Shown: piece after piece, positions 1 through 13,622 of the stretch
Layout of the letters: every line of letters starts with the position of its first letter
How positions within the stretch are numbered: the first letter of the stretch is position 1
The notes under the pieces: model-generated
What the model saw: only the letters and a program-made list of their open reading frames with translations
Database searches by the model: none
Told to the model about the DNA's origin: nothing
Position numbers and translations under genes: made by a program
NCBI GenBank assembly: GCA_030390025.1
Contig: CM059432.1
Coordinates: 120,220,001-120,284,000, forward strand
Length of the DNA stretch: 64,000 nucleotides
Direction: 5' to 3'
Origin: Squalus acanthias
Taxonomy: Eukaryota

Positions 1-3000
1 ACATTATCCCCAGGTGATCCATTGTGCCCAGGCGATTCAATATGTCCAGGTGAGCCATTATACTGAAATGATCCATTACAAACAGGTGATCCATTAAGAC
101 TAGGAGTTCCCGTACACCCAGGCAATGCAATTTGCTGAAGTGATCCATAAGAACCAAGTGATCCATTAAGACCGGGTGATCCATTACACCCAGGTGACCA
201 ATACATCCAGGTGATCCATTACACCCAGGTGATCCATTACACCTGGGTGATCCAATACACCCAGGAGATCCATTTCACCCAGGAGATCCAATACACACAG
301 GTGATCCATTACACCTTGGTGATCCAATGCACCCAGGAGATCCATTATTCTCAGGTAATCCATTATATGCAGGTGATCCAATAGACATAGGTGATCCAAT
401 GCACCCAGGTGATCCAATACACACAGGTGATACATTACACAAAGGTGATCCAATGCATACAGGAGCTGCATTATTCCCAGTTGATCCATTACACACAGGT
501 GATCCAATTCATCACAGGAGATACATTATTCGCAGGTGATCCATTACACCCAGGTGATCCAATGCTTTCAGGAGATGCATCACCCCCATGCGATCCATTG
601 TGCCCAGTTTATTCAATATGTCCAGGTGATCCATTACACCAATGATCCAATGATTCCAGGAAATCCATTTTTCACAGGAGATGCATTACCACCAGGTAAC
701 CCATTACAACCAGGTGATCCATTATATCCAGGTTATCCAATACATCCAGGTGATCCATTACCCCCCAGGTGATCCATTGTGCCCCGGCAATCCAATATGT
801 CCAGGTGATCCAATACACCTTGATGATCCATTACTCCAGGTGATCCATTATTCCCAGGTGATCCCAATTGCACAGGTGATCCATTATGTCAAGGTGATCC
901 AATACACCCAGGTGATCCTTTAAGCACAGGTGATACAATACACCCAGGTGATCCATTATGCCCAAGTGATCCATTAAAGCCAGGGAATCCATTATACCTA
1001 AATGATCCATTACAACCAGGTGATCCATTAAGACTAGGAGTTCAAATACACCCAGGCGATACAATTTGCCGAAGTGATCCATTAGAACCAGGTGATCCAT
1101 TGAGACCGGGTGATCCATTACATTCAGGTGATCCAATACACCCAGGTGATCCAATGCATCAAGGTGATCCAGCACATCCATGTGATCCATTATGGTCAGG
1201 TGACCCAATACACCCAATAAATCCATTAGAACCAGGTGATCCAATAGGCCCAGGTGATCAATTTTGGCTGAGTGATCCAATACACCCAGGTGAGCCATTA
1301 CAGCCAGGTGATCCACCACACCATGGTGATCCATTATGCCCAGGTGATCCATAAACCAAGGGAATCCAATAAGCCCAGGTGTTCCACTTGACCCTGGTGA
1401 TACAATACACCCTGGTCATTCATTGCACCTAGGTGATCCAATACACCCAGGAGATCCATAATTCCCAACTGTTCCATTCCACCCAGGTGATCCAATACAC
1501 ACAGGTGATCCATTCCACCCAGGTGATCCAATACACACAGGTGATCCATTACACCCAGGTGATCCAATACACACAGGTGATCCATTACACCCAGGTTATC
1601 CAATGCATCCAGGAGTTCCATTATTCCCAGGTGATCCATTACACCCAGGTGATCCAAAGCATCCAGAAGATCCATTATTTGCAGCTGATCCAATACACCC
1701 AGGTGATCCATTACACCCAGGGAATCCATTGTGCCCAGGTGTACCAATACACCCAGACGATCCATAACACCAAGCTGATCCATTTCACCCAGCTGATCCA
1801 ATATGCAAAAGTGATCCTTATACCCTGGTGATCCATGACACACAGGAGATCCATTACACCTTGGTGATCCAATGCATCCAGGAGATCCATTATTCCCAGG
1901 TGATCCATTACTCCCAGGTGATCCAATACACACAGGTGATCCATTACTCCCAGGTGATCCAATACACACAGTTAATCCATTAAACCCATGTGATCCAATA
2001 CATCCAGGTGATCCATTACACCCAGATGATCCAATAAACACATTTGATCCATTAAACCAGGTGATCCAATGCATCCAGATGACCCATTATTGGCAGGAGA
2101 TCCATTTCCCTAGGCGATCAATTACACCTAGGTGATCAATTACACCCAGGTGATCCATTATTCCCAGGTGATCCATTACACCCAGGGGATACAATGCTTT
2201 CAGCAGATACATTACCCCCAGGTGATCCATTGTGCCCAGGCGATCCAATATGTACAAGTGATCCATTATGCCAGGTGATCCAATGCTTCCAGGAAATCCG
2301 TTATTAACAGGAGATGCATTACCCCCAGGTAACCCATTACAAGCAGGTGATCCATTACACCCAGGTGATCCAATACATCCAGGTGATCAATTACCCCCCA
2401 GGTGATCCATTTTGCCCAGGTGATCCAATACACCCAGTTGATCCTTTAAGCACAGGTGATCCAATGCACCCAGGCGATCCATTATGCCCAGGGATGCATT
2501 GTGCCCAGGTGATCTAATACACCCAGGTGATCATTTACACCAAGCTGAACCATTGTGCCCAAGTGATCCAATACACCAGGTGATCCATTACACACAGGTG
2601 ATCCATTACACCCAGGTGATCCAATGCATCCAGGAGTCCCCTTAATCCCAGGTGATCCATTACACCCAGGTGATCCAAAGCATCCAGAAGATCCATTATT
2701 TGCAGGGGATCCATTACCCCCAAGTAACGCATTACAACCAGTTGCTCCATTACACCCAGGAGATCCAAAACATCCAGGTGATCCATTACCCCCCAGGTTA
2801 TCCATTGTGCCCAGGTGATCCAATATGCCCAGCTGACCCAATACACCTGGGTGATCCATTACTCCAGGTGATCCATTATGCCCAGGTGATCCCATATGCA
2901 CAGGTGATCCATTACACCCAGGAGATCCAAAACATCCAGGTGATCCATTACCCCCAGGTTATCCATTGTGCCCAGGTGATCCAATATGCCCAGGTGATCC

Positions 3001-6000
3001 AATACACTTGGTGGTCCATTACTCCAGGTGATCCATTATGCCCAGGTGATCCCATATGCACCGGTGATCCATTATGCCCAGGTGACCCAATACACCCAGA
3101 TGATCCTTTAAGCACAGATGATCCAATGCAACCAGGTGATCCATTATGCCCAAGTGATCCATTACACCCAGGTGATCCATTGTACCAAAATGACCCATTA
3201 CAACCAGGTGATCCATTAAGACTAGGAGTCCCAGTACACCCAGGTGATGCCATTTGCCCAGGTGATCAATTTTGGCTGAGTGATCCAATACACCCAGGTG
3301 ATCCATTACATCCAGGTGATCCACCAAACCCTGGTGATCCATTGTGCCCAGGTGATCCATAAACCAAGGGGATCCAATAAGCCCAGGTGAGCCAATGCTC
3401 CCAGGTGTTCCAGTACACCCAGGTAATCCAATTTTGATCAAGGGATCCAATACACCCAGGTGATCCATTACACCCAGGTGATCCAATACACCCTGGTCAT
3501 TGATTACACCTAGGTGATCCAATGCTTCCAGGAGATCCATACTCCCCAAGTGATCCATTCCACCCAGGTGATCCAATACACACAGGTGATCCATTATTCC
3601 CAGGTGATCCAAAGCATCCAGAAGATCCATTATCCACAGGGGATTCATTACCCCCAGGTGATCCATTACACTCAGGTGATCCAATACAGCCAGGTGATCC
3701 ATTACACCCAGGGGATCCATTTTGCCCAGGTGAACCAATACACCCAGGTGATCCATAATACCAATCCGATCCATTATACCCAGCTGATCCAATATGCAAA
3801 GGTGCTCCTTATACCCTGGTGATCCATGACACACATGAGATCCACTACACCTTGGTGATTCAATGTATCCATTACATTCAGATGATCCAATGCATTCAGG
3901 AGATCCATTATTCCCACATGATCCATTACACCCAGGTGATCCAATACACACAATTAATCCATTATGTCCATGTGATCTAATACATCCAGGTGATCCATTA
4001 CACCCAGATGATCCAATGCATCCAGCAGATCCATTATTCGCAGGAGATCCATTACACCCAGATCATCCAATACACACAGGTGCTCCATTGTGCCCAGGTG
4101 ATCCAATATGTCCAGGTGATCCATTACACCCAGGTGATCCAATGCTTTCAGGAGATACATTAACCCCAGGCGATCCATTGTGCCCAGGCGATCCAATATG
4201 TCCAGGTGATCCAATACACCCAGGTGATCCATTATGCCCAGGTGATCAATATATCCTGGTCATTTATTGCACCTAGGTGATCCAATGCTTCCAGGAGATC
4301 CATAATTTGCAAGTGATCCATTACATCCATGTAATCCAATACACACAGGTGATCCATTAAACCAGGTGATCCAATGCACCCAGATGATCCATTATTGGCA
4401 GGAGATCCATAATCCCAGGTGATCCATTACATCTAGGTGATCCATTACACCCAGGTGATCCAATGCATCCAGCAGATCCATTATTTGCAGGTGATCCATT
4501 ACACCCAGATCATCCAATACACACAGGTGATCCATTGTGCCCAAATGATCCCATATGCACAGGTGATCCATTACACCCAGGTGATCCAATGCATCAAGGA
4601 GATCCATTATTCCCAGGTGATCCATTACACCCAGGTGATCCAATGTTTTCAGGAGATACATTAACTCCAGGCGATCCATTGTGCCTAGGCAATCCAATAT
4701 GTCCAGGTGATCCAATGCACCCAGGTGATCCAGTACACCCAGGTGATCCAATTTTGCCCAAGTGATCCAATACACCCAGGTGATCCATTATGCCCAGGTG
4801 ATCAATATATCCCGGTCATTCATTGCACCTAGGTGATCCAATGCTTCCAGGATATCCATAATTCACAAGTGATCCATTACACCCAGGTAATCCAATACAC
4901 ACAGGTGATCCATTACACCCAGGTGATCCAATGCACCCAGGAGTTCCATTAATCCCAGGTGATCCATTACACCCAGGTGATCCAAAGCATCCAGAAGATC
5001 GATTATTCGCAGGGGATCCATTACCCCCGGGTAACCCATTACAACCAGGTGATCCATTATACCCAGGTGATCCAATACATCCAGGTGATCAATTACCCCC
5101 AGGTGATCCATTATGCCCAGGCGATCCCATACACCCAGGTGATCCTTTAAGCACAGGTGATCCAATGCACCCAGGTGATCCATTATGTACAAGTGATCCA
5201 ATACACCCAGGTGATCCTTCAAGCACAGGTGATCCATTACACCCAGGTAATCTATTATACCAAAATGACCCATTACAACCAGGTGATTATTAAGACTAGG
5301 ATTTCCAATAAACCCAGGTGATCCATTATACCCAGGGGATCCATTTGCCAAAGTGATCCATTACACCCAGGTGATACATTATGCCCAAGTGATCTAATGC
5401 ACCCAGATGATCCAGTACACCCAGGTGATCCAATATGCCCAGGTGATCAATTTTGGCTGAGTGATCCAATACACCCAGGTGAGCCATTACATTCAGGTGA
5501 TCCACCACACCGTGGTGATCCATTATGCCCAGGTGATCCATAAACCGAGGGAATCCAATAAGCCCAGGTGTTCCACTGGACCCAGGTGATCCAATATACC
5601 CAGGTGATCCATTACACCCAGGGGCTCCATTGTGCCCAGGTGTACCAATACACCCAGATGATCCATAACACCAAGCTGATCCATTACACCCAGCTGATCC
5701 AATATGCAAAAGTGATCCTTATACCCTGGTGATCCATGACGCACAGGAGATCCATTACACCTTGGTGATCCAATGCATCCAGGAGATCCAATATTCCCAG
5801 GTGATCCATTACTCCCAGGTGATCCAATACACACAGGTGATCCATTAAACCAGGTGATCCAATGCATTCAGGAGATCCATTATTCCCAGGTGATCCGTTA
5901 CCACTTGGTGATCTATTACACCTAGATGATCCATTACACCCAGGTGATCCATTACACCCAGGTGATCCAAGAAACACAGGTGATCCATTACACCCAGGTG

Positions 6001-6240
6001 ATCCAATGCATCCAGAAGATACATTATTTGCAGGTGATCCATTACACCCAGGTGATCTAATGCATCAAGAAGATCCATTACACCCAGATAATCCAATACA
6101 CACAGGTGATCCATTGTGCCCAGATGATCCAATATGCCCAGGTGATCCAATAACCCAGGCGATCCATTACACCCAGGTGGTCCATTACTCCCAGGTGATC
6201 CAATACATCCAGGTGTTGAATGCACCGAGGTGATCCCTTA
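1..6240. repeat. 18-bp tandem satellite, consensus ~CCAGGTGATCCA(T/A)TACAC, with higher-order block duplications; runs off the left window edge
   Basis: Continuous 18-nt periodicity with occasional 17/19-nt units. The ORF track translates it as (PGDPLH)n, (QVIHYT)n and (MDHLGV)n. Rare variant blocks recur, e.g. ATTTTGGCTGAGTG at ~1261, ~3269 and ~5450. Confidence 0.97.
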
Positions 6241-6249
6241 TGCCCAGGT

Positions 6250-7160
6250 GCAGCTGCAGGAAGCCGGCTCCAGCGACGTTATTTAAAGGCATCAGCATTA
6301 ATCACTCCCAGTTGTCAGGGCAGGTTCATTTCAGTGGTTCCTTGTACATTTCACCCAGTTGGACAGCTCCTATGAGTAATTTCAAGCTTCCTTTGTATGA
6401 GCCGTCTTCTGGCAACTACAAAGTAGCTACATTTATTGTTCAAAGATTCAAACTGCTACACTTGGCAACATTCATGGGGGCTGTACTGGTATACCACCTT
6501 TCCCTCCAGGATCTACGGCAGAGGGAGCGTAGGCAGTGAGAAATACAGGAACATGTGCACAGAGTGATGAGGTGGGACATCAGGGCTCTCACCAGGAGGC
6601 TTTACCCTCCAAGGATATTCCGACAGCACTTCTACCTTCAGTTTAGTGGGGAGTAGTTCATTATATGGCTCCACATCACCAAGGTGGTGGTCACAGAACT
6701 CGGCCACGTCCTCCAAACAGACCTCCAGCCTCACACCAGGATAACTTAAACCCCAGATCCCTTTTGCACACCACACCCCCATCATACCATCCCTATGTAG
6801 TGAAATATCACAGCGTCCTCCCAGGCACAAAGGTGAAGAGGGAGACCACAGCATATTGTAAACTCCATTAATAAATTTATGCATAAACATATCACATTCA
6901 AACTAATAACTAATGAGCCTTGTGCCTGCCATAGTTGAATAGCTGTCATTGTGTGCAAGGTGTGAGATATGGGTGTGAGTGTTGGTAGATAGAGATTGTT
7001 GGTGGGTGAGTGATGGGGGTGTGGTGCTTTGGGCAGTGTGTGAAGCTTATGGTTTAGATGGTGGTATGCAGCATTTGTTGAAGCATTCAATCACCCTGAC
7101 CACCTGACTGAGGTGGATCTGCCCTGAGCACACCTGTTTCAGTCCTCCAGGTCCGTCTCC
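6250..7160 (+). mobile_element. Internally deleted PIF/Harbinger relic (promoter plus 5' transposase on +, Myb intron 1 remnant on -)
   Basis: 6250-6320 matches the reverse complement of 11040-11100, including TATTTAAA. ATGGGGGCTGTACTGG at 6474 matches the transposase start at 10882(-). 6917-7110 is an inverted homolog of 7738-7920. Confidence 0.8.
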
Positions 7161-7513
7161 TTGTTGTGCTTCTTGAAGACTTGAATTAGCGCTCCATTCA
7201 TTTCTTTGAGCAGTGAGAATGAATTTTACGTACTGTCTAAAGCATTAGCGTCTGGCCAATTCTCAAACTTTTCTAATGAATTTCTAGCCTCAAGTCTTTA
7301 AGCCCAAGCTCATTGGTGTTACACTCGAAGGGTGGACCAATATCACATGCAGTCTAATTGCAAATCATCATTGCCACAGGTTTTACCAGTTCTTAAAGGG
7401 GAGGTTCGTTGATGCTGCAGAACCTCAGCTTCAGCATTGCTGGCTGTGCAGCTGCCTCAGCAAGCAGCAGCAGGTCAAGGAGAAGGAGCCGGAGGACTGA
7501 AGCAGCTGTACTC

Positions 7514-9400
7514 ATGGCAGATCCACGCCCCAGGGAGAGAGCCCGCAGATTCTGTGATGAATCATTGGAGGCATTGGTGTTCGCTTTGGAGAGACAGAGG
7601 GTGGTGCTCTACGCGGCAAGTGGCAGGAGGCCCTCGCAGCAAGTCTTCCAAAACATATGGAGGGATGTAGCGCAGCACGTCTCGGGCAGCACTGTAGTCC
7701 CCAGGACCCACACACAGTGTAGGAAGAAATTTAACGACCTCACTCGGGTGGTCAGGGTGAGTAAATGCTTCAACAAATGCTACAAACCACCATCTTCACA
7801 CACTGCCCAAAGCACCACAACCCCAGCACTCACCCACCAACAATCTCTAACTACCAACACTCAAACCCACATCTCACACCTTGCGCACAATGACAGCTAT
7901 TCAACTATGGCAGGCACATCAACCAAACACATTGCTCCACACTCACTCACACACACTTTCCGTTCTCTTGCAGGCCAAGGTGGCTCACAACAGGAGGGAG
8001 CAGGAGTGCACAGGCGGGGGACAAGCTGACACTCAACTACTGTCTGCATTGGAAAATAGAGTGCTGGAGATTATTGGGTGCCAGGTGGTGGGCGCCGTGG
8101 CCACCGGCGACATCGACTTCCTTGGGGACAACAACGGTATGTTCATCCCTACTCCTTCATATCACATCCCACTTCCCCCTCACCCGACAAGCTTTTTGCA
8201 CTTTCCAGCTAATCACGCTACAGGCATGCATTTCTCCCTTCCTGTTCCCCTCCCCTCACCTTAATCTCTCTCTTGTGCCTTTATGCTTTCAGATAATCAC
8301 CTGAGCAGCCTGTCCCTGAGGGCACCCTGGAGAGCGAGGCAGGAGAAGAGGAGGCGGAAAAACACACCGCATTACTGCATGTCTCACCCGCAGGCACCAG
8401 CTCAGGTACTGGCACAACGAGTTCTTTAGAGGTTAGTTTAGTAGTGGGATCTGCACAGGGTGAGGCACAGGGGATGAGTGGGCTGCAGCAAGGCCAGGGG
8501 AAAAGGTTAGCTCGGGGGCCAGCTCCCCGGAGGGTGAGTTCGCATGCGAGTTCTGCTGCACAGGACTCAGATAAGGACCTCGATGGGGAGGCATTTAGTG
8601 GAAGGGTGATGGGCATGCACACGGAGATGATAGGTGCAATGGCAAGGGTGCCAGAGAGCATCTCAGCAATGATAAGGAGCATGGAGCAGTCCACCTCCAA
8701 CATTGCACAAGGCTCTGCGCACACCATAGAGCCCATCATTTCCAGTCTGCAAAAGATGGTAAACTCCCAGAGAGACCGTGGTGACCCAGACCTGATGCCG
8801 CGTGTGATGGGCATTCTAGCAGCTTTTATTGTAGCACAGGCGGAAGCGACGCAACGTCTTAGTGCTGTAATGCAGACTATGCTTGGTGCCATCGATTCTC
8901 AGACTGCTCTCATGCACTCTCAACTTGATGACACGCAAGCTCTGACTGCTGCCATCGTGGCTGGGTCTACCACCATCGACCAGGGCTTTCACGGTGTCGC
9001 AGCAGGCCAGCAATCTGTGCTCCAGCAGATTACTAGGGATGCTGAGGTGCTGCCCTGGGGGAGTGGCAGTGGGTCAGTGGAACAGGAGCCTGCTGTCCTC
9101 TCAGGATGACAGCATTCCTGCACCCACCACTGCCACTCCGCCATTGCCCTGTCGCTGCCTGTCATCCAGCCAGCCCAGACTACTGCCGCCCATGCTGAGG
9201 TGGTGCAGTCTACAGCCGGGCCTTCCAGGCCCAGAGCTGGTCAAGGGCATCCTGCAAGGCCATCTGAAGTCTCCCGCATGGACACTCAGCAGCCTTCTAC
9301 CAGCCGTGCTGCAGCCACTGGGCCGACACTTCATAGGAGCACTAGAGCAGGCAAAGGCACAGTAACGAGAGGCACTGAGGGATTGTACAAGGGTGAATAG
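7514..9400 (+). pseudogene. Harbinger Myb/SANT-like (trihelix) DNA-binding protein gene, 3 exons (7514-7756, 7974-8136, 8293-9400), frameshifted
   Basis: RERARRFCDESLEALV...W.DVA...RTHTQCRKKFNDL motif. GT-AG boundaries at 7757/7973 and 8137/8292. Exon 3 entry is out of frame with ORF 8444-9109, with a further shift near 9105-9200. AATAAA at ~9418. Confidence 0.85.
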
Positions 9401-9565
9401 TTAATATTTTTGTTGCAAATAAATGTTCATTGATTTTTGATAAATTTATTAATTCAGTTTGGATTCTTTTGTGGTGTGTCTTATTTCAGCTTTGCACTGT
9501 GATATGGCATGCGACAGGAATGGAATGATAAGGATGTGGTGAGCAATGGTGATCTGGGGTTTAAT

Positions 9566-10882
9566 TCATTCAGACCACAGTCTGATGAGACGGTCACGGA
9601 CCACCCTTCCAGAAGGCCGATTGAGTGGCTGCCTCCTCCCTCGCTCCTTTTCCTCCTTCTCCTCATCCTCCTCGTTGTCCTCCTCATCATCCTCTTGCTC
9701 CATGTCCTCCTGCTCCTCCTCTTCCTCCTCTTGAGGTGGTCCCGCAATCCCTGGTGGCAAGGACTGAGCCCTCGTGATGGCCAACTTGTGGAGCATGAAG
9801 CAGACCACCACGAAATGGAACACCCGCTCAGCCGAGTACTGGAGGGCTCCACCCGAGTGGTCAAGGCAGCGGAACCGTTGCTTCAGCAGGCCGATGGTCT
9901 GCTCGATGATGTTCCTGGTGGCAGCATGGCTCTCATTATATGAGTGCTGGGCAGGAGTGTTGGGGTTGCGGAGGGGAGTCATGAGCCAAGTGGCAAGCGG
10001 ATAGCCCTTGTCTCCAACCAGCCAGCCGCGAGCTTGACGTGGTGGCTGGAAGAATGCTGACACACCAGTCTGGCGCAGGACCAAATTTTTCCCCCAAAGC
10101 CTTAAAGCAATAGACCTCATGTCAATTTTAAGTATAATTTTCTAACTTTAATTCAAAGATATGAATTGGAGCAAGCCAACATAATATTTTACAACACAAT
10201 ATGAAGGCTGCTGCCAGGATAGCAGGCATTGACATTGAGGATTAGCTGTCTGTGGTCGCACACCAACTGCACATTAAGTGAGTGGTAACCTTTGCAGTTA
10301 CGGAAGATGTCAGGATTGTTATGCGGTGGCCGCAAAGCCATGTGGGTGCAATGACGCCCTGCAACATGGGGAATCCCACTATCCTGGCAAAGCCACATGT
10401 ATGCTCGTCCTGCTTATCTCTTGTGATGGGGAAGGAAATGTAATCTCTTCTCCTACTGTAGAGAGCCTCTGTTACCTCCTGGATGCAGCGATGGTCAGCG
10501 AACTGGGAGATGTTAGCTATGTCTCCTGTTGCAGACTGGAAGGATCCACTGGCCTGGTGAAGAAATTGAGGGTGACGGTGACCTTGACTGCCACTGAGAG
10601 AGCCTTGGTCGCTCTGATCTGAGGCTGGAGGGCTGGTTGCAGGAGGTGGCAGAGTTCTGTGACCACCTCCTTGGTGAAGCAGAGCCTTCTAATACACAGC
10701 TCCTCGCTTAATTGGAGGTAGGAGAAGTGCACTCGGAATACCCTTGGAGGGTAAGGCCTCCTACTGAGAGGCCTAATGCCGCTACTCCTCCCTCTGGCCA
10801 CATGTTCCAATCTTTCTCGCTGCCTCCGCTCCCTCTGCCATAGATCCTGGAGGGCAAGGTCGACTGCCAGTACAGCCCCCAT
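9566..10882 (-). pseudogene. Harbinger DDE transposase (HARBI1-family) pseudogene
   Basis: Fragments YPPRVFR..., [53 protein letters not shown] and an acidic C-terminal tail, split over several frames and by an insertion at 10080-10201. Confidence 0.9.
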
Positions 10883-12357
10883 TAATATAACCAAGTGTAG
10901 CAGTTTGATTTTTTAAGAATAAATATAGCTACTTTTTAGTTGCCACATCACTCCTTATACTAAATAACCTTGAAATTACAGAATGAAGCTGTTGGACTAT
11001 GTGAAACTTACAAGAAAGCATTGAAACTCCACTAACCTGACAGCTGCAACTCATTACTGATGATCCCTTTATATAACGTCCCTGTAGCCGGCTTCCTGAT
11101 GCTTCACGTCAGCTCTCCCTATCACTGTTTACTCTAGGCTCTAAGGTAGGTGGCAACAATCAATTTCACAGATTCAGCAGTCAGTGAGTGTTCCACAGTC
11201 ACTGACGTCATGATCCACCTGGCGTTGAGGCTCCTGGTGATAACTGTTAGTGGCGGCACTGCGGGGGTGGGGGGGCAGGATTTGGCGTGTGATGATGGAT
11301 TAATCTCGCCCTGGCTATAATGCACTAGCGCCCCATTAGCGCCATCTGCTGGCGCTAAGGGGATGCGCTAAGATACCAAATTTTTCCCCCAAAGCCTTAA
11401 AGCAATAGACGTCAGGTCAATTTTAAGTATAATTTTCTAACTTTAATCAAAGATATGAATTGGAGCAAGCCAACATAACATTTTACAACACAATAGTCAA
11501 GAGGATGTAGTGATTTTTGAAAAATTAGCTACAATTTAGCGTTAGTGTTCCTAATCCTCAAATATTCTATTAACTGCTGTTAATTTATATCACGCTGAAG
11601 AGTCGCAATCATGGCAGCACCATTGTGTTGCTTGAAAGTCCTCAGGCCATCGCTTTGACTTCAGCATGACCCCATCCCAAATCCTGGATATGGAGTCAAT
11701 TAAATATCACGGGCAGGCGCGTGTGTGCCAGTAGTAGTGTGACTTATGGAAAAGAAAATCGGGCGGGATGTCAAACAGGTTTCTTCGCTATCACCCGTTT
11801 TGTGCAACTGCCGAAGACCAATTTCACCCCTAACTCATCTGCTTCCTATTCCCAACATCACTTGGGCCCCAACCCCAAAATCCCACCCCAGCCCAGCTGG
11901 AACTCTCTTCACATTTTGCCCATCCAGCAGTTCCAGTGACCCGCATGAAGCTCATCCTGACAGATCCCTTGTCCTGGACTCAGACTCTACAGTGTTAAAA
12001 AGGACAGCAATAAGTGATGCAACAACACTAAATGTGGGCCTAATTTTTGCTAACTGGAAAATGTGCTGCTGAGCTAAATGTCATGAAGACTGTGTGATTG
12101 GCATAACATAATTACAGAGACTCAAGTGGAAACAGAATCGTTTAAACATTTATAAACCACAATATTGGCCAAGCAAATGGCCTGCAAAAGGACATCGGGT
12201 TAAAAAAATAATGGTGTGTGAATGATGCAAGCTGTTATTAATGTGCAAATCAGCCAGCAGCTTGGCGAGGAATATATACCGCATGAAATGCGAACCGCCA
12301 AATGTTGTTATACGATTTGTGCCGCTCCGCCATTAACTTTGTGAAAAACGACATATT

Positions 12358-13123
12358 GGGCCAGAAATTCGGCTCTTGTCGGGTGAGTACGCGCCGTGTA
12401 CTCACCCGTAAGGCCACCTGAAGTGCCGGTTTCACGCATGCACTGCGCATGCCCGGGAAACCGGAACTTCCGTTCCCCTGAAGGGAGGGGTTCAGAAGTC
12501 GAACGCATGCGCGGGAGAGGCTGCGCGCACGCAGCGAACTTCGTTTTTTTTTCAAGTTTCTCCGTGAGGGTAAGTATGGAAAAGCTGCACATTTAAAAAG
12601 GAGGCGCAAGGCCTGTTTTTAACAAAGGTAAGTGGTTAATTAATTACAATTTAAACATTTTTTCAACAGGTTTATCTTTTTTACATACTTTAAAGAAAGT
12701 TAAGTTTATTTTTAGCACCGTTAAAAAGTTTAATTAATTTTTTCAAAAATTTAAATTTTTGTTAAAAGTAGTTAATTTATGTAATTTATAGTTATTTTTA
12801 AAATGTGATGGTTTTTTAAAAAATTTATTTGATGTTTTAGTGAGGTTTTGGGACCGATCTCTATTCATAGATTTGACAGGTCTTCCTGTCAAATCTATGA
12901 ATGAAAATTTCCTGCTAGGATTGGCTCTCCATGGCCCACGTGATCCCAGGGGACGCTTCGAACTAACTGCGCCCCTGGGATACGCAAGCACTGCGCGCCG
13001 GCAGCTGCAGGAGGCCCAGGACCCGAATTCCTCGTGGGCCCGAAGCGCAACGGCAGGCGCGGTAGGTAAGTATGCGCGCGATGCTTGCACCCGCAGGAAG
13101 CCGGAGAGCCGAATTTCTGGCCC
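12358..13123. mobile_element. Non-autonomous Harbinger-type MITE
   Basis: TIRs GGGCCAGAAATTCGGCTCT / AGAGCCGAATTTCTGGCCC. CpG-rich ends, AT-rich core, no credible coding content. Confidence 0.85.
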
Positions 13124-13622
13124 AATGTGTTTAACTTCCCTTTATTTATTTCCGTACCTGAGTTGACATTGAATTCACCCACTCTAATTCACCCTCCTTC
13201 TCAGTCCTTCCTCTGTTTATTTCTCAATCCTTCAATCGCATTGGTTAAGGAGATACACTGTTGGTCCCATCGTTCACCAAGGTCCCAGTTGCCTTGGCTG
13301 TGGCATTATTAGCTCACACTTCCAGCAACTTACAGGGCAAAAGATTTTGAGCTGGAATTCCAGTCCAAAATTTTTTAATGCATCATATTTATTTCAAAAA
13401 AAAATTCAGGATAATTTGGCAAATTCCAAACTACATTTTAGAATTAGAAAGAGAAAAAATAACAGTGGCAGTGGAATCACAAAATTATAAAATATAAAGT
13501 CCTAACTTGTGTTCCCAGCAAAATCTGAATTTGGAATGGCTGTCTGCCAGGATAATGATAGTCCACAGCATCCCGAGCTGACACCATGCCATTGTACAGG
13601 GTAATTGCAAAAATAAAGAAAT

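Larger units (their letters stand above)
7390..11390. mobile_element. Degenerate PIF/Harbinger transposon, Myb gene on + and transposase on - (convergent); only the right TIR is visible
   Basis: Two-gene convergent layout. Right terminus ...CCAAATTTTTCCCCC at 11390 with GGCGCTA/TAGCGCC subterminal repeats. Confidence 0.88.

Noticed and set aside
184..6233. Many ORFs encoding (PGDPLH)n or (MDHLGV)n, suggesting a repetitive structural protein
   Set aside because: They arise from an 18-bp (multiple of 3) satellite open in several frames on both strands. Frequent 1-bp indels and stops break every frame, and there is no non-repetitive domain.
1..6240. CRISPR-like array
   Set aside because: There are no unique spacers, only degenerate tandem monomers; no cas genes; eukaryotic context.
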